DNA from: Scyliorhinus canicula
Lineage: Eukaryota
Reading direction: 5' to 3'
DNA length: 64,000 nt
Assembly: GCF_902713615.1 (NCBI RefSeq)
Contig: NC_052160.1
Location: forward strand, 94,040,493-94,104,492
The notes beneath the pieces were generated by a model. The model made no database searches, was not told the DNA's origin, and saw only the letters and a program-made list of their open reading frames with translations. Position numbers and translations under genes: made by a program. Position 1 is the first letter of the stretch, and every line of letters begins with the position of its first letter. Shown one piece after another: positions 49,427-62,470 of the stretch.

Positions 49427-49735
49427 GGCGCCGCCATCTTGGGCCCCGGACGCCACGTGCGGGTCCCGGGCGCCGCCATCTTGGGGCGCCGACTCCACGT
49501 GCGGGTCCTGGGCGCCGCCACCTTGGGGCGCCGACTTCACGTGCGGGTCCTGGGCGCCGCCATCTTGGGGCGCCGACTCCACGTGCGGGTCCCGGGCGCC
49601 GCCATCTTGGGGCGCCGACTCCACGTGCGGGTCCTGGGCGCCGCCATCTTGGGACCCCGAGTCTACGTGCGGGTCCTGGGCGCCGCCATCTTGGGATCCC
49701 GACTCCACGTGCAGATCCTGGGCACCACCTTCCAG
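49427..49735 (+). repeat. 42-bp tandem repeat (~7.5 copies; TCGSWAPPSWGADS)
   Basis: cacgtgc recurs at 49454, 49496 and onward with period 42. Confidence 0.92.
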
Positions 49736-49789
49736 GACTGGCACGCAAGGTTCTTCCAGCACCTACTCGGCCGACGACGACGACTATGG

Positions 49790-52370
49790 ATCTTCTCCAC
49801 GGCTCGCGGCCATTCAGCTCGACCAGTCACGTCCACGCACGCTCGCCAAAACGACAACGCTGATCCACCTCAACGGCCACGAGACGGGCTGCCTGCTGGA
49901 CTCCGGGAGCACGGAAAGCTTCGTTCACCCTGCCACGGTAAGACGCTGCGCGCTCCCTGTCCATCCTGTAAAACACAAAATCGGGTTAGCCTCAGGTTCG
50001 CACTCCGTCCGCATCACCGGCTGCTGCATCGCGGACCTCACGGTCCAAGGGAAGGTTTTTAAAAATTATAAACTCCTTGTCCTCCCTGACCTTTGCGCAC
50101 CGGCACTCCTAGGACTGGACTTCCAGTGCAACCTGCAGAGCTTGACCTTCCAATTTGGCGGTCCTATACCCCCCTCACTGTCTGCAGCCTCGCGTCCCTC
50201 AAAGTGGACCCCCCCCTCCTTGTTTGCTAATCTCACCCCCGATTGCAAACCCGTCGCGACACGGAGCAGACGGTACAGCGCCCAGGACCGGTCCTTCATC
50301 AGGTCCGAGGTCCAGAGGTTACTGAAGGAAGGGGTCATCGAGGGCAGCAACAGTCCCTGGCAAGCCCAAGTGCTGGTGGTCCGGACTGGGGAGAATAACC
50401 GGATGGTCATTGACTATAGCCAGACCATCAACCGGTTTACGCAGCTGGACGCGTATCCTCTCCCCCGTATTTCCGCCATGGTAAACGATATCGCGAAATA
50501 CAAAGTCTTCTCCACTGTGGACCTTAAGTCCGCTTACCACCAGCTCCCCCTCCGCGCGAGTGACCGCAAATACACCGCGTTTGAGGCTGATGGGCGCCTC
50601 TACCACTTCCTTAGGGTTCCATTTGGTGTCACAAATGGGGTCTCGGTCTTCCAACGGGAGATGGACCAAATGGTCGACAAGTATGGATTACGGGCTACCT
50701 TCCCGTATGTTGATAATGTCACCATCTGCGGCCACGATCAGCAGGACCATGACGCCAACCTCCAGAAATTCCTCCAAACCGCAAAACTCCTTAACCTCAC
50801 ATACAATAAGGATAAGTGCGTGTTTAGCACCGACCGTCTAGCCATCCTTGGCTACGTAGTGCGTAAAGAAATGATAGGCCCCGACCACGAACGCATGCGC
50901 CCCCTGATGGAACTCCCTCTCCCCAATACCCTCAAATCCCTTAAACGCTGTCTGGGTTTCTTCGCTTACTACGCCCAATGGGTTCCCAATTACGCTGACA
51001 AGGCCCGTCCCCTCATTCAAACCACGACCTTCCCGCCGTCGACAGAGGCCTGCCAGGCCTTTAGCCGCACCAAAGCGGACATCACAAAGGCCACGATGCA
51101 TGCCATCGACGAGTCCCTCCCCTTCCAGTTAGAGAGCCACGCATCAGAAGTAGCTCTGGCGGCCACCCTGAACCAAGCGGGCAGACCCGTGGCCTTCTCC
51201 AGAACTCTCCAGGCTTCCAAACTCCGCCACCCCTCTGTGGAAAAGGAAGCCCAGGCCATAGTCGAAGTGGTGCGACATTGGAGGCACTATTTGGCCAGCA
51301 GGAGGTTTACCCTCCTCACAGACCAATGGTCAGTAGCCTTCATGTTTGATAATGCACAAAGGGGCAAGATTAAGAATGACAAGATCTTACGGTGGCGGAT
51401 CGAGTTGTCCACGTACAACTACGAGATCTTGTATAGTCCTGAGAAGCTCAATGAGCCTCCTGATGCCCTGTCCCGCGGTACCTGCGCCAGTGCACAGATA
51501 GACCGCCTCCGCTCCCTCCACGCGGACCTCTGCCATCCAGGGGTGACCCGTCTCTGCCATTTCATTGAGGCCCGCAACCTGCCTTTCTCCATCGCGGAAG
51601 TCAGGACAGTAACCCGTGACTGCCACATCTGCGCAGAGTGCAAATTGCACTTCTACCGCCCCGAGTGCGCACACCTGATCAAAGCATCCCGCCCCTTGAA
51701 CGTCTCAGCATTGACTTCAAGGGGCCCCTTCCCTCTAACAACCGCAACATTTACTTCCTGGCGATAATCGACGAATACTCCCGCTTCCCCTTTGCCATTC
51801 CCTGCCCCGGCATGACCACATCGACCGTCATTAAGGCCCTCCTCTCCATCTTCTCCCTGTTCGGATACCCCGCGTACATACATAGCGATGGGGGGTCCTC
51901 ATTTATGAGCGACGAGCTGCGTCAATTCCTGCTCAACAGGGGCATTGCCTCTAGCAGGACGACCAGCTATAACCCTCGGGGTAACGGACAAGTCGAGCGG
52001 GAGAACGGTACCATCTGGAAGACCATACTACTGGCCCTCCAGTCCAGAGATCTCCCTATTTCCCGATGGCAAGAGGTTATCCCCGATGCCCTACATTCTA
52101 TCCGCTCACTCCTTTGTACCGCAACAAATCAGACACCTCATGAATGTCTTCTTGTTTTCCCCTGGAAGTCGCCTTTGGATCCCCTCTCCCGACGTGGCTG
52201 GCCGCCCCTGGACCCATCTTGCTCCGGAAGCATGTGCAGGTTAGCCTCAGCAGGTCCGACCCGTTGGTGGAACAAGTCCAGTTACTCCACGCTAACCCGC
52301 AGTATGCGTACGTGGAGTACCCCGACGGTCGGCAGGACACGGTCTCCCTCTGGGACCTGGCACCCGCCAG
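49790..52370 (+). pseudogene. Gypsy pol (protease, RT, RNase H, integrase), frameshifted in the integrase
   Basis: LLDSGS; RMVIDYS, LDAYPLP, VDLKSAYHQ, VPFGVTNG, YVDN; RNase H EKEAQAIV; HHCC H..LCHPG..CHIC; integrase core SIDFKGP, IHSDGG, GNGQVEREN in the next frame. Confidence 0.92.
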
Positions 52371-53930
52371 CGTGCGGCCTAACCCCCCCCTTCACCACAG
52401 ACCCCCCCTGTTTTTTTTCCCCCAGCGCCCCACCCAGGCCACCCCTTCCCCTATCCATGGCGTCTCCACAGCCAGCTCGGGTGACGGAGACTGTTCAAGG
52501 ACCATCGCTCCAGAGACTCCAGGACGTCAGCAGAACCACCACCATCGGCTGAATCGACGTCACCTCCTCCACTGCGACGGTCTGCCAGGACGTCACGGGC
52601 CACGAAAAGACTGATCGAATCGATTTAAATTACACCAGCTCCATGGACTTTGTTGGGACTTTGTGTAATATTGTTAATTGTCTGGGCCAGTGGGAAGCCA
52701 AAAATGTAATAAAAGAAAATAAGAGAAAACATTTTTTTCCATCTCCCTTCCTCGGCTGCTACTCATACCACCAGTTCTCTTTCCCCCCCCCCCCCCACTT
52801 CCCCCCACCCCCGGCTCTCGTTGGTACCCCCCTCCCCCCGGCTTCTTTCTCCGCAAGGGGTGAATGTGGTGGTATGATTTGCATAGCTGTCTGCCATTGG
52901 TGCAGAACACCGGCTTACCATTGGCCCTGGCCGGTCATGTGCCTCTCGACCGATTGGTGAGACTAGTCATGTGACTGCTCTCCGATTGGTCGAGAGGCTG
53001 AGTTAACCACGCCTCCATACCGAGGTATAAATAGTCAGAACGCCCGGCGGTCGTCCATTTACTGTAGCCGACCGCAGGGCTAAGTTCTAGCTTATTAAAG
53101 CCTAACTTTTGTACAGCAACTCGTCTCCCGTTCGATTGATGGCTCATCAATCGTCATGTCAGTTGTTTTGAAGCGAGCTCCCAATGGGATCTGCTTTGAG
53201 AGTGCATCAGTCCACAGCAGCAGCAGAAAAGCAATCTGGCGTCGTGACAGGAAAAAGACATTTTCACTTTTTGCACAAAATGGAGGTGATGTCGGCAGGG
53301 TAGCTGTGTCACCGATAAAAGCCTCCACTGGGAAACTGGAATCACTTTCAGGCCAGTGCTTCCTATGAGTGCAGCTCACCGGTTGTGAGAAGATGGGAAA
53401 TTGACTGACTCCCAAACTCAGTGAGCCTACAGACTGGGCCTGGAGCAAGAGCGAAGCTGATCACTGAGGAGGCGGAGAGCCTCGGGGGAAGGAGGGGGAG
53501 ACGGGGCCGGGCTGCCTACTGCAGCCCTGCCTCGGTCTTGTGGATATTTTTTAAGTACTATTCAGACCCCAAGGCAATTTTAACTGCCAATGCTGACTTT
53601 TTTAAAAATATTTTTTATTCTCCTCCTTTTTCATATTTTCTCCCAAACTTACACCCAACAATAAACAATAATCAGTAACAAATGTAATGTAGATCCCCAT
53701 ATCAATAACAACAATCCCATCCTCCCACCAAACCCCAGACATTAGCCGCACGTTAACATAAACAAATGACAAAAAGGAATCAGGAATCACCCATAGTCGC
53801 CATCAACACACACAGTCCCTCTCCCCCCAACACTCCCGGCACCCCCCTAATGTTCGATGTGATCCAATTCTCAAAAGTGCATAATGAATTACACCTTCTC
53901 TACATTCGCCGCCCAATAATAATACATCAG

Positions 53931-55605
53931 GGGCAAAATTCTCCGAAGACCTGCGTGACGCCCATTTCCGGCGGCCAAAAGCGGTGCGGATGACTCCGGC
54001 GTTGGGGCCTTCTTTTAAGCCGGTAATCTCCGTTCCCGAAAGGGCCAGCAGTGGACTGACGCGATACGCGTCACTTTCACCCGCTGCGGAAGTGGCGCGT
54101 TGAGAGAGAGAGAGGGGACCCGGCGTTGAGAGGAGAGGAGAGGAGAGGAGGGGGACCCGGCGTTGAGAGGAGAGGAGAGGGGGGGGAACCCGGCGTTGAG
54201 AGGAGAGGAGAGGAGAGGAGAGGGGGGGTACCCGGCGTTGAGAGGAGAGGAGGGGGGACCCGGCGTTGAGAGGGGGGGTTGCGGCATTGAGGGAGGGGGG
54301 TTGCGGCGTTGAGGGGGGGTTGCGGCATTGAGGGGGGGATTGCGGCGTTGATAGGGGGGGGGTTGCGGCGTTGACAGGGGGGGTTGCGGCGTTGAGAGGG
54401 GGGTTGCGGCATTGAGAGGGGGGGTTGCGGCGATGAGAGGGGGGGTTGCGGCGATGAGAGGGGGGGTTGCGGCGTTGAGAGAGAGGGGGGGTGCCGGCGT
54501 TGAGAGAGATGAGGAGGCGGCATTGGAGGGAGGTAGGGGTGGTGGGGAGGGGGGTAGGGGTGGTGAGGGGGGGTTTGGGGTAGGGGGCAGCGGCGTGCAG
54601 AGGCGGGGGGGCGACAGTGCGTTGGCCCCGGCCATCCGTCGGCCCCCCTCTCTGCACGCCGCTGCCCCCTACCCCAACCCCCCCACCACCCCTACCCCCC
54701 TCCAACGCCCCTACCCCCCTAACCACCCCTACCCCCCTCACCACCCCTACCCCCCTCCCCACCAACCCCTATCCCCCTCCCCCACCACCCCTACCCCCCT
54801 CCCCACCACCCCTACCCCCCTCCCCACCACCCCTACCCCCCTCCAATGCCGCAAACCCCCCTCTCAACGCCGCAAACCCCCCCTCTCAACGCCGCTGCCC
54901 CCTCCCTCTCAACGCCGCAACCCCCCCTCAACGCCGCTGCCCCCCTCCCTCTCAACGCCGCAACCCCCCCTCTCAATGCCGCTGCCCCCCACCCCAACCC
55001 CCTACCCCTACCCCCACGCCTACCCCCCCACCCCTACCCACGCCCACTCCCCCCACCCCTACCCCCCCACCCAACCCACCCACCCCCCCACCCCCCACCC
55101 ACCCCCCAAACGCCGGGACTCTCTCTCTCTCTCTCTCCCCCCCTCCCACAAATGCCGGGACTCTCCCCTCCTCCCCCCCCCACGCACGTCGCCCCTCCTC
55201 CCCCCGCACTCGCCCCTCCTCCCCCCCGCACGTCGCCCCTCCTCCCCCCCGCACTGCGCCCCTCCGCCCCCCCCCGCACTCGCCCCTCCTCCCCCCGCCC
55301 TCGCCCCTCCTCCCCCCTCCTCCCCCCCGCACTCGCACCCTCCTCCCCACACCCCTCCCCCTCCCCCCCCGCACTGCCCTCCCCCCCCCCGCACTCGCCC
55401 TTCCTCCCCTCCGCACTCGCCCCTCCTCCCCCCCGCCGCACTCAGCCCCTCCTCCCCCCGCCCTCGCCCCTCCTCCCCCCCTCTCCCCCCCGCACTCGCC
55501 CCTCCTCCCCCCACCCCTCCCCCCCCCCCCCCGCACTCGCCCCTCCCCCCCGCACTCGCCCCTCCTCCCCTCCGCACTCGCCCCTCCTCCCCCCCCCCCG
55601 CCCAC

Positions 55606-55648
<43 letters not shown>

Positions 55649-55905
55649 CACTCGCCCTAGGTCACTGAACGGCGTCAACCATCATCAATGGTTGACGACG
55701 TTTTAAAGCTACTGCGGGCCGGAGATTTGTTGAAAGTAAAAAATCAATGACATCCCGCCGGCGCCAGCTGTTCTCAGAGGCTGCCGGCGGGATTTGCACA
55801 ACGCCGGTTTTTGGCCGCTCGGAGAATAAAAAACCCGGCGGGAGCGGGATTAACGCCGCAGCCGGCCGATTCTCCGACCCTGCGTGGGGTCGGAGAATTT
55901 CGCCC
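53931..55905. mobile_element. Large Harbinger-type MITE with CAG TSD inserted in L1 ORF2, containing a G-rich/C-rich foldback
   Basis: TIR gggcaaaattctccga / tcggagaatttcgccc; CAG at 53928-53930 and 55906-55908; removing it restores the L1 peptide GGLGLPNLMYYYWAANVEK. Confidence 0.9.
54588..54664. mobile_element. 77-bp mini hAT-type element
   Basis: TIR cagcggcgtgcagag / ctctgcacgccgctg; first ~48 nt match the hAT end at 62915. Confidence 0.7.
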
Positions 55906-57654
55906 CAGGTTTGGAAGACCCAAACCCCCTGCCTGCCTTCCTCTCTGTAGTAGTAGCACCTTTTTAATTCAGGCCACCTTCCCTCCCCATATGAACAAGT
56001 TAATCAACCCTTCAATCTCTTTAAAAAATGCCTTTGGCAGGAAAATCGTGGCAGCACATTCATTTTAACCGCCTGTACCCAACCCGCCAGTGACAGAGGG
56101 AGACCATCCCACCTTGCCAGATCAACTTTCACTCTCTCCACCAAACTAGAAATGTTGTATCTACGGAGCCCAACCCCAATCCCACACAATCTGCACCCCC
56201 AGGTACCTAAAGTGAGTCCCTGCCTTACGGAATGGCAGCTGCCCCACCCTTGCCCCCACCCCTGGCCGAGACATCACAAAATATTCACTCTTGTCTAGAT
56301 TTAATTTGTACCCTGAGAAAGACCCAAACACCCAAAGCAGCTCCAGTATTCCCCCTATTGACACACTCAGTTCCGACAGGTATAATAACAAGTCATCGGC
56401 ATATAGGGACACCCTATGCTCTATTCCCCCCCCCCCCAGACTATCCCTTTCCATTCCCCCAAACTTCTTAATGCGATGGCCAATGGCTCAATCACGAGTG
56501 CAAACAGCAGGGGGGACATAGGACATCCCTGTCTAGCCCACGGTGGATAGAAACGTATTCTGAGCTGATGTTATTTGTTCGGACACTGGCCCTCGACTTC
56601 TTATATAATAGCTTTACGCAGTCCACAAATCTGGGTTCAATACCAAACCGCCCTAGAACTGCCATCAAGTACCCCCATTCTACCCGGTCAAATGCTTTCT
56701 CGGCATCAAATGTCACAGCCACCTGTTTCCTTCCCCTCCGCCAGTACCATAAACCTGTTCAATACCTTCCTAATGGTCGAAAAGAGCTGCCTCCCTTTCA
56801 CATACTCCGTCTGATCTTCACCTATCACCTTCGGGAGGCACTCCTTCAGCCTACCCGCCAGTACCTTCGCCAATACCTTTGCATTCACATTTAAAAGAGA
56901 TATGGGCCTATACGACCCACGTTCCGTTGGATCCTTATCTTTCTTAAGTAACAGGGAAATGGATGCCTGCCCCAAAGTTTGTGTTAACAGCCCCTTCCCT
57001 ATCGCCTCCTCAAACATCCCCACCATCAGCGGTATCAGCTTATTTTTGAATTTTTATAATATTCCACCGGAACCCATCCAGCCCTGCCACCTCCCCGACT
57101 GCATCCTCCCAATTGGATCTTTTATCTCCTGCTCACTATTGCCCTCTCTAATGTAGCCCTGTCCCTCTCCCCTAACCTCGGGTACTCCAGCCCATCTAGA
57201 AATTCCTACATCTCCCGGCCTCCCCCAGGTGGCTCTGACCTGTACAATCTCTCATAGAATTCCTTAAAGACCTTGTTAATCTGATTTGGAGCTACCACCA
57301 ACTTCCTGCCCTGTCCCGCACCTGGATAATTTCCCTTGCCGCAGCTTCCCTACGGAGCTGAATCCACCTTATCTCCATGCTCGTAAACTGCCCCCCTTGC
57401 TAACTGCCAATGCTGACTTGAGGCCCAATATCAAACCTGCCAACAGGCAATCTGCTGGCCAGAAGAGGCCCAATAAGTCAATATTCTTCCTTCTTGCCAG
57501 GCCTTCTCATTGTTCAGTTGAAGAGCAGGAGCCCTACCCCTGGCTATGCATGGGAATTGTGGGTTTTTCCTTCTGCAGGCTTCCATCCAACTGTCCTGAA
57601 GGCGATCACCCCCCTGACCCTCAAAACAGTCTGCAATCTGACCTGCGCTTATGG

Positions 57655-57757
57655 TGTTGTCCAACACCTGTGGTCCTGACCAACACCTCTGGCCCTGACC
57701 AACATCGCTGGTCCTGTCCAACACTTCTGATCCTGTCCAACACCTCCAGCCCTGACA
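57655..57757 (+). repeat. ~19-bp minisatellite
   Basis: About 5 copies of cctg(a/t)ccaacacctctgg-like units. Confidence 0.8.
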
Positions 57758-59630
57758 GAAACTCCCATCATTACAGGTGAAGGAGCTAAAATAAATGTAA
57801 AATAATCCCAATAATTAGGCTCAATTACAGAAATAAGAAAATTTGACAACTTGACTCTGGGGGCAACATATGTAATCAGGCTGGTCAGATTAGGACCAGT
57901 TTCACTCATTCCTTCCGGCCACCTATTTAAAATTTTAACGGGAAGAAGGATTTCAGGAAAACAATTTCGTTGATCATACCCTCCTGTTGTAAAGTGAAGG
58001 AAACAAGTATTTGTGATGAAATTGTGCTCAGCAACATTGAGTGAAAACACACTGGTATACTCAACAGAAATTGTCACTGCCTTTTACCTCTTATAGGCTA
58101 AGGGAGCAGGAGAATTTTACCTGAGTTGTCACTCGTTGTTGCCAATACTTGCAGCTCACTTTCAACCTTATTAATATTTTGTAAAAAGGAAGGTTCGGCA
58201 CCTGGTGTCAAGACTCGACAGCACCTTGCAAACCCGTAAACATTACAACTAGAAGGACCTGTAGGCACATGGGAACAGTATTGGCTGTTGCTTCAATGTC
58301 GCTGGGTCAAAATCCTCGAACTCTCTCCCTAACAGCACTGTGGGAGTACATGCACCAGATGGATTGCAACATTTCAAGACAGCAGCTCACCACCACCTTC
58401 TCCATGGCAGTTATGGACAAGTTATGGACATCGCTTTACCAGCGATGCCAATATCCCAAGAAATATTTTTTTTAAAGTGTTCTCAGCACTAAACTGACAC
58501 CATGGTAAGAATTTTCTTTCTCAGATCTACCTCTGTTAGCTTAGTGACATTTAAACCTCCAGCCCAAGTCTGGAATTTATCTGAAGCATGCCACTGGAAA
58601 ACCCAGGACACTAGCTGGGCATATTGTATAAAGACAATTTTCAATCAATGCACGGCAGGAGCATGTTAAACCAAGCATATTCTCCCCAAACCTTTTTCTC
58701 CTAAATATTTCAGTAGCTCTGACACTCTTGGATAGTAATTCTCAGTCTGAGCTGTCACACAGGGTTAGATGAAAGCCAGGCATGGGCTGCTAAATGTGAG
58801 AAAACAGATATCATAAAACTAGAACACAAGGTTAACTGGCTGAGTGATTCCAGAGTGTATCATTGGAGGAGCGAAGCCTCTTCCATTATAATCAATTGTG
58901 GTTATAGTAAGTCACACACTGATGAAACTTGCCATTGTTTTGTCAACTGACTCCTACTTACATGTGACAAGTGTCATCTGTGTGAGAAATCTGTTTCATT
59001 ATATCAGTTCCACTCATTGAACCAGTAAAATGATTTAGGCATTTCAGTTTATCTTACTTTTGCATTTTAAGCATGATTAATGTAGCGCTGCCTCGATTTC
59101 GAATAATGTAGTTTACACAGTAGAGTGCACCAACCAGTGCATAGCTTACCAATGTTCTCGGTTGGCAAATCTTCCAGGTTTCGGCAGGCTTGTGCTGCAT
59201 TCCGACCCACATTTTGGGTCGCAAAGCCTTAGCTGTTTCCAATCTGTATCCAATTTCTCCAGGCATGAGTCAGTGGATTGGGTCATTGCACAGAGGGACA
59301 ATACACCCAATGCTAGACAAACAGGAGCTCTGCTTCTCCGAATTGCTCAGTCATTTCTTTTGGAACTTTAACCGGCTGGGTATCCTATCAGCCTCATACC
59401 CCATTGACTGAAAAGGACATTTCAATCAAATTGATCGTATAATTTGTTCCGAATATAATGTTTATAAGTTAATGTTTTAGGACTGTCTGTTTAATTCTGT
59501 TTAATTTTGGTTAAACTGGAGTCATGAAGGGTTCATGTGACATTCTCCCAATCCTGCTTGTCAAGACTGGGTGGCTTCTTTATTATGGGGCAGTGAGGTC
59601 CAGATTAATTTACTGGGAAGAAAATGTAAG

Positions 59631-59799
59631 GGGCAGAATTATCCACCGGCAAAATTCTCTGTTTTGCCGGCACCCGGTGTTTCCCAACGGCGTGGGGCTG
59701 CCCCACAATGGGAAACCCCACTGACCGGCCGGTGTAACAGAGAATCCCCCCGGCGGGTCGAGGCCGAAATGTGGCGTGGCGGGGCGGAGAATCCAGCCC
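59631..59799. mobile_element. 169-bp Harbinger-type MITE with AAG TSD
   Basis: Ends gggcagaattatcc / ggagaatccagccc; AAG at 59628-59630 and 59800-59802. Confidence 0.85.
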
Positions 59800-60524
59800 A
59801 AGATTTTCACACCTATGCCAAATGGAAAGAGAATCTGTGATGATTCTCGGTGGACTGTTAGTCCCCTGGTCTCACAGGGAGGTATTAAGAATGTAAACAG
59901 TTATACTTTAAACTGCCTATTTAAATTTCAAGATGGAATGGAGTTGGGATTTTAAAGGATAGCTGATTAGCATTTCTACCTGGATACAAGGCCCATATGC
60001 TTCACTTTGACACTGAGGTGGGCATTCGGGGACAAAGAGTCCATTATGAACCATTGTAGTATTAGGTTGCAGAACTTTTCTTAAAATGTCCCTGAACCTC
60101 ACAGACTGGTCAGTCTGCCAGAACCTGAGGGAGGGAGGGAGAGAGAGAGTGAGAGTCCTTATTGTTCGTCATGCAGAAAGTAGGTAGGAGCTCATACTCA
60201 GATTGAAGAGACCAGATTTGAGAGGATTGAAACAACACTGAAAGATTCACCATCGTTGGCTAGTGGGAGGAGTCACCCAGGCAATCCTCACCGTGAAAGT
60301 TAGTTCAGGGATTAGAGATCATCCGTCTGGAAAATAAAAAGGGAACAAGTCATTGGGGGTTGAGAATAGATTTGATATGGAACCTGGAGATTGAATGTCC
60401 ATGTAATGGACAGAGTAAACTATGACTGTGAAAGGGGATTTTTGCTTGTTTTACAAGTTGAATAGGAGATATTTTCTGTACTTTAGAGTACAGACAATTT
60501 TCCTTTCAGTCTGCCTATTGCAGT

Positions 60525-61380
60525 TGTCATGATCAGCTCTGGGTGAGCTTCCACAAACGTTTTTCATCTGGGCGAGACTCTTTTGTTTGCCACCAACCGG
60601 CTGGGATACCTCCGAATTGGGTACAAACCCAGGTGAGGAGGGATGACTGACTCTGTGCCTTTATTCAATGTACCATCTGCTGGTAGTAACAAGGTTTAAT
60701 CAAATAAGGTTCCCTTTCCCATGCGTACCTTTTCCAGACCCAATATTTATGTTTAAAAAGGAGTCAATCTAGCCAGGCATTCTTGAGTTAAGATAGAATA
60801 AGTTTATTAACGACTAAAAAGGTAAGTCGTTAAAAGAAATAGTAAAACGCGTGCATTTACATTCATATAGATTAGAAGTAAGAATTCAGTCCAATAGTAA
60901 GTAAATATAAATAAAAGTGATAAGGAATGGTCCTTAATTTGATGTGCTGTGGCTGTTAAGATTTCATTCCAGTATACTTGACTTCTGCAGGTGAATAATT
61001 GATTGTTTAATTCAGGTGGTCTATGGTTTAGTAGGGATATTTCAGTTCTATTTCCCAGTTGTGATCCTTTTGCTGCGTGATTAACTTCCACAGTCAGAGA
61101 GAGAGAGTTTTTAGATATTCCTGCTTCAGTAACTGTATCACACACCTTCAATGTGGTAAACCTCCAGCTGCTTTTCCTCACAGCACTAACACACAGACCA
61201 AACGACAGACGCACTGGCAGAGCTGAAACAGGCAGACATTAGGCAGGCCTGTGGGTACCTCTCTCTCAGCGCACTTTGAACCTTCTTCTTTATATATTCC
61301 AAGAGGAAACCAGAATACACTAGTTGGTCTGGATAATTGTTTTTATTATACATTTTACAGGATGTGGGTGTTATTGGCTA
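60525..61380 (-). mobile_element. Possible old solo LTR
   Basis: Starts tgtcatga; minus-strand AATAAA and TATATAA; no partner LTR or TSD found. Confidence 0.3.
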
Positions 61381-61449
61381 GGCCAGCAATTATTGTGGGC
61401 AGCACGGTAGCATAGTGGTTAGCACTGTGGCTTCACAGCGCCAGGTTCC

Positions 61450-62470
61450 TTGTTGCCCTTCAGCAGGTGGTGGTGAGCTGTCTTCTTGACCCACTGCAGT
61501 CTCTGAGGTGTAGCTACACCCACTGTGTGGTTAGGGAGGGAATTCCTCAATTTTAACCCAGTGGCAGTGAAGGAACAGCGATATATTTCCAAGTCGAGGT
61601 GATGAGTAGCTTGGAGGGGAACTTCAAGGTGGTGATGTTCCCATGTGACTGCTGCTCGTGTCCTTCTAGATGGTAGTGGTCGTGGGTTTGGAAGGTGCTG
61701 CTGAAAGAACCTTGGTGAGTTACTGCAGTGCATCTTGTAGATAGTACACATGGCTGCCAATGTTCATCAGTAGTGGAGGGATTGAATATTTGTGGAAGAA
61801 GACGCAACAAGATGATCTGCTTTGTCCTGGATGGTGTTGAGCTTCTTTATTGTTGTTGGAGCTGCACTCATCCAGCCAAGTGGAGAGTATTCCATCCGGG
61901 GTACCACGGTAGCACAGTGGGTAGCACTGTTGCTTCACAGCTCCAGAGTTCCAGGTTTGATTCCTGGCTTGGGTCACTGTCTATGTGGAGTCTGCACGTT
62001 CTCCCCATGTCTGCATTGGTTTACTCCAGGTGCTCCGATTTCCTCCCAAAAGTCCCAAAAGACGTGCTGTTAGGTAATTTGGACATTCTGAATTCTCCCT
62101 CTGTGTACCCGAACAGGCGCTAGAGTGTGGTGACTAGATGATTTTCACAGTAACTTCATTGCAGCGTTAATGTAAGCCTCCTTGTGACACTAATAAAGCT
62201 GATTATTGTTGTTATTATTATAATACATGTGCCTTGTAGATGGTGGACAGGTCTCGGGGGGGTCAGGATGTGAGTTACTCTTCACAGGAATCCTAGTTTG
62301 GACCTGCTCTGGTAGCCACAGTATTTATGTGGCTAGTCCAGTTCAGTTCAAGTCAATGGTAACCCCCAAGATGTTGATAGTGGGGTATTCAGTGAAATTA
62401 ATGCTTCTGAATGTTAAGGGGTGATATTTAGATCCACTCTTGTTGGAGATTGTCATTGGCAGGCACTAAT
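61450..62470 (-). mobile_element. LINE 3' fragment (family of 3850-4087) split by a SINE at 61898-62225
   Basis: CTIYKMHCSNSPR...LRNSLP...KKTAHHHLLKGN. Confidence 0.75.

Larger units (their letters stand above)
47644..53149 (+). mobile_element. Near full-length Ty3/Gypsy LTR retrotransposon (defective)
   Basis: 285-bp LTRs at 47644-47928 and 52865-53149 (about 10 differences); TSD ATCGT at 47639-47643 and 53150-53154; PPT aaggggtgaa; order gag-PR-RT-RH-IN. Confidence 0.95.
53600..57400 (-). mobile_element. 5'-truncated, internally deleted L1-clade LINE with 19-bp TSD
   Basis: TAACTGCCAATGCTGACTT at 53581-53599 and 57401-57419; SYRPISLLNVNAKVLAKVLA, DAEKAFDRVEW, YADDLLLY; A-rich tail at the left end. 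Confidence 0.92.

Noticed and set aside
49427-49735. CRISPR-like array
   Set aside because: No unique spacers; simple tandem repeat in a eukaryotic retroelement
53803-55706. Long Pro/Gly-rich ORFs (up to 418 aa) on both strands
   Set aside because: They come from stop-poor G/C low-complexity arrays inside a MITE; open in most frames
57649-58077. 142-aa minus-strand ORF
   Set aside because: No recognisable domain; runs into a minisatellite
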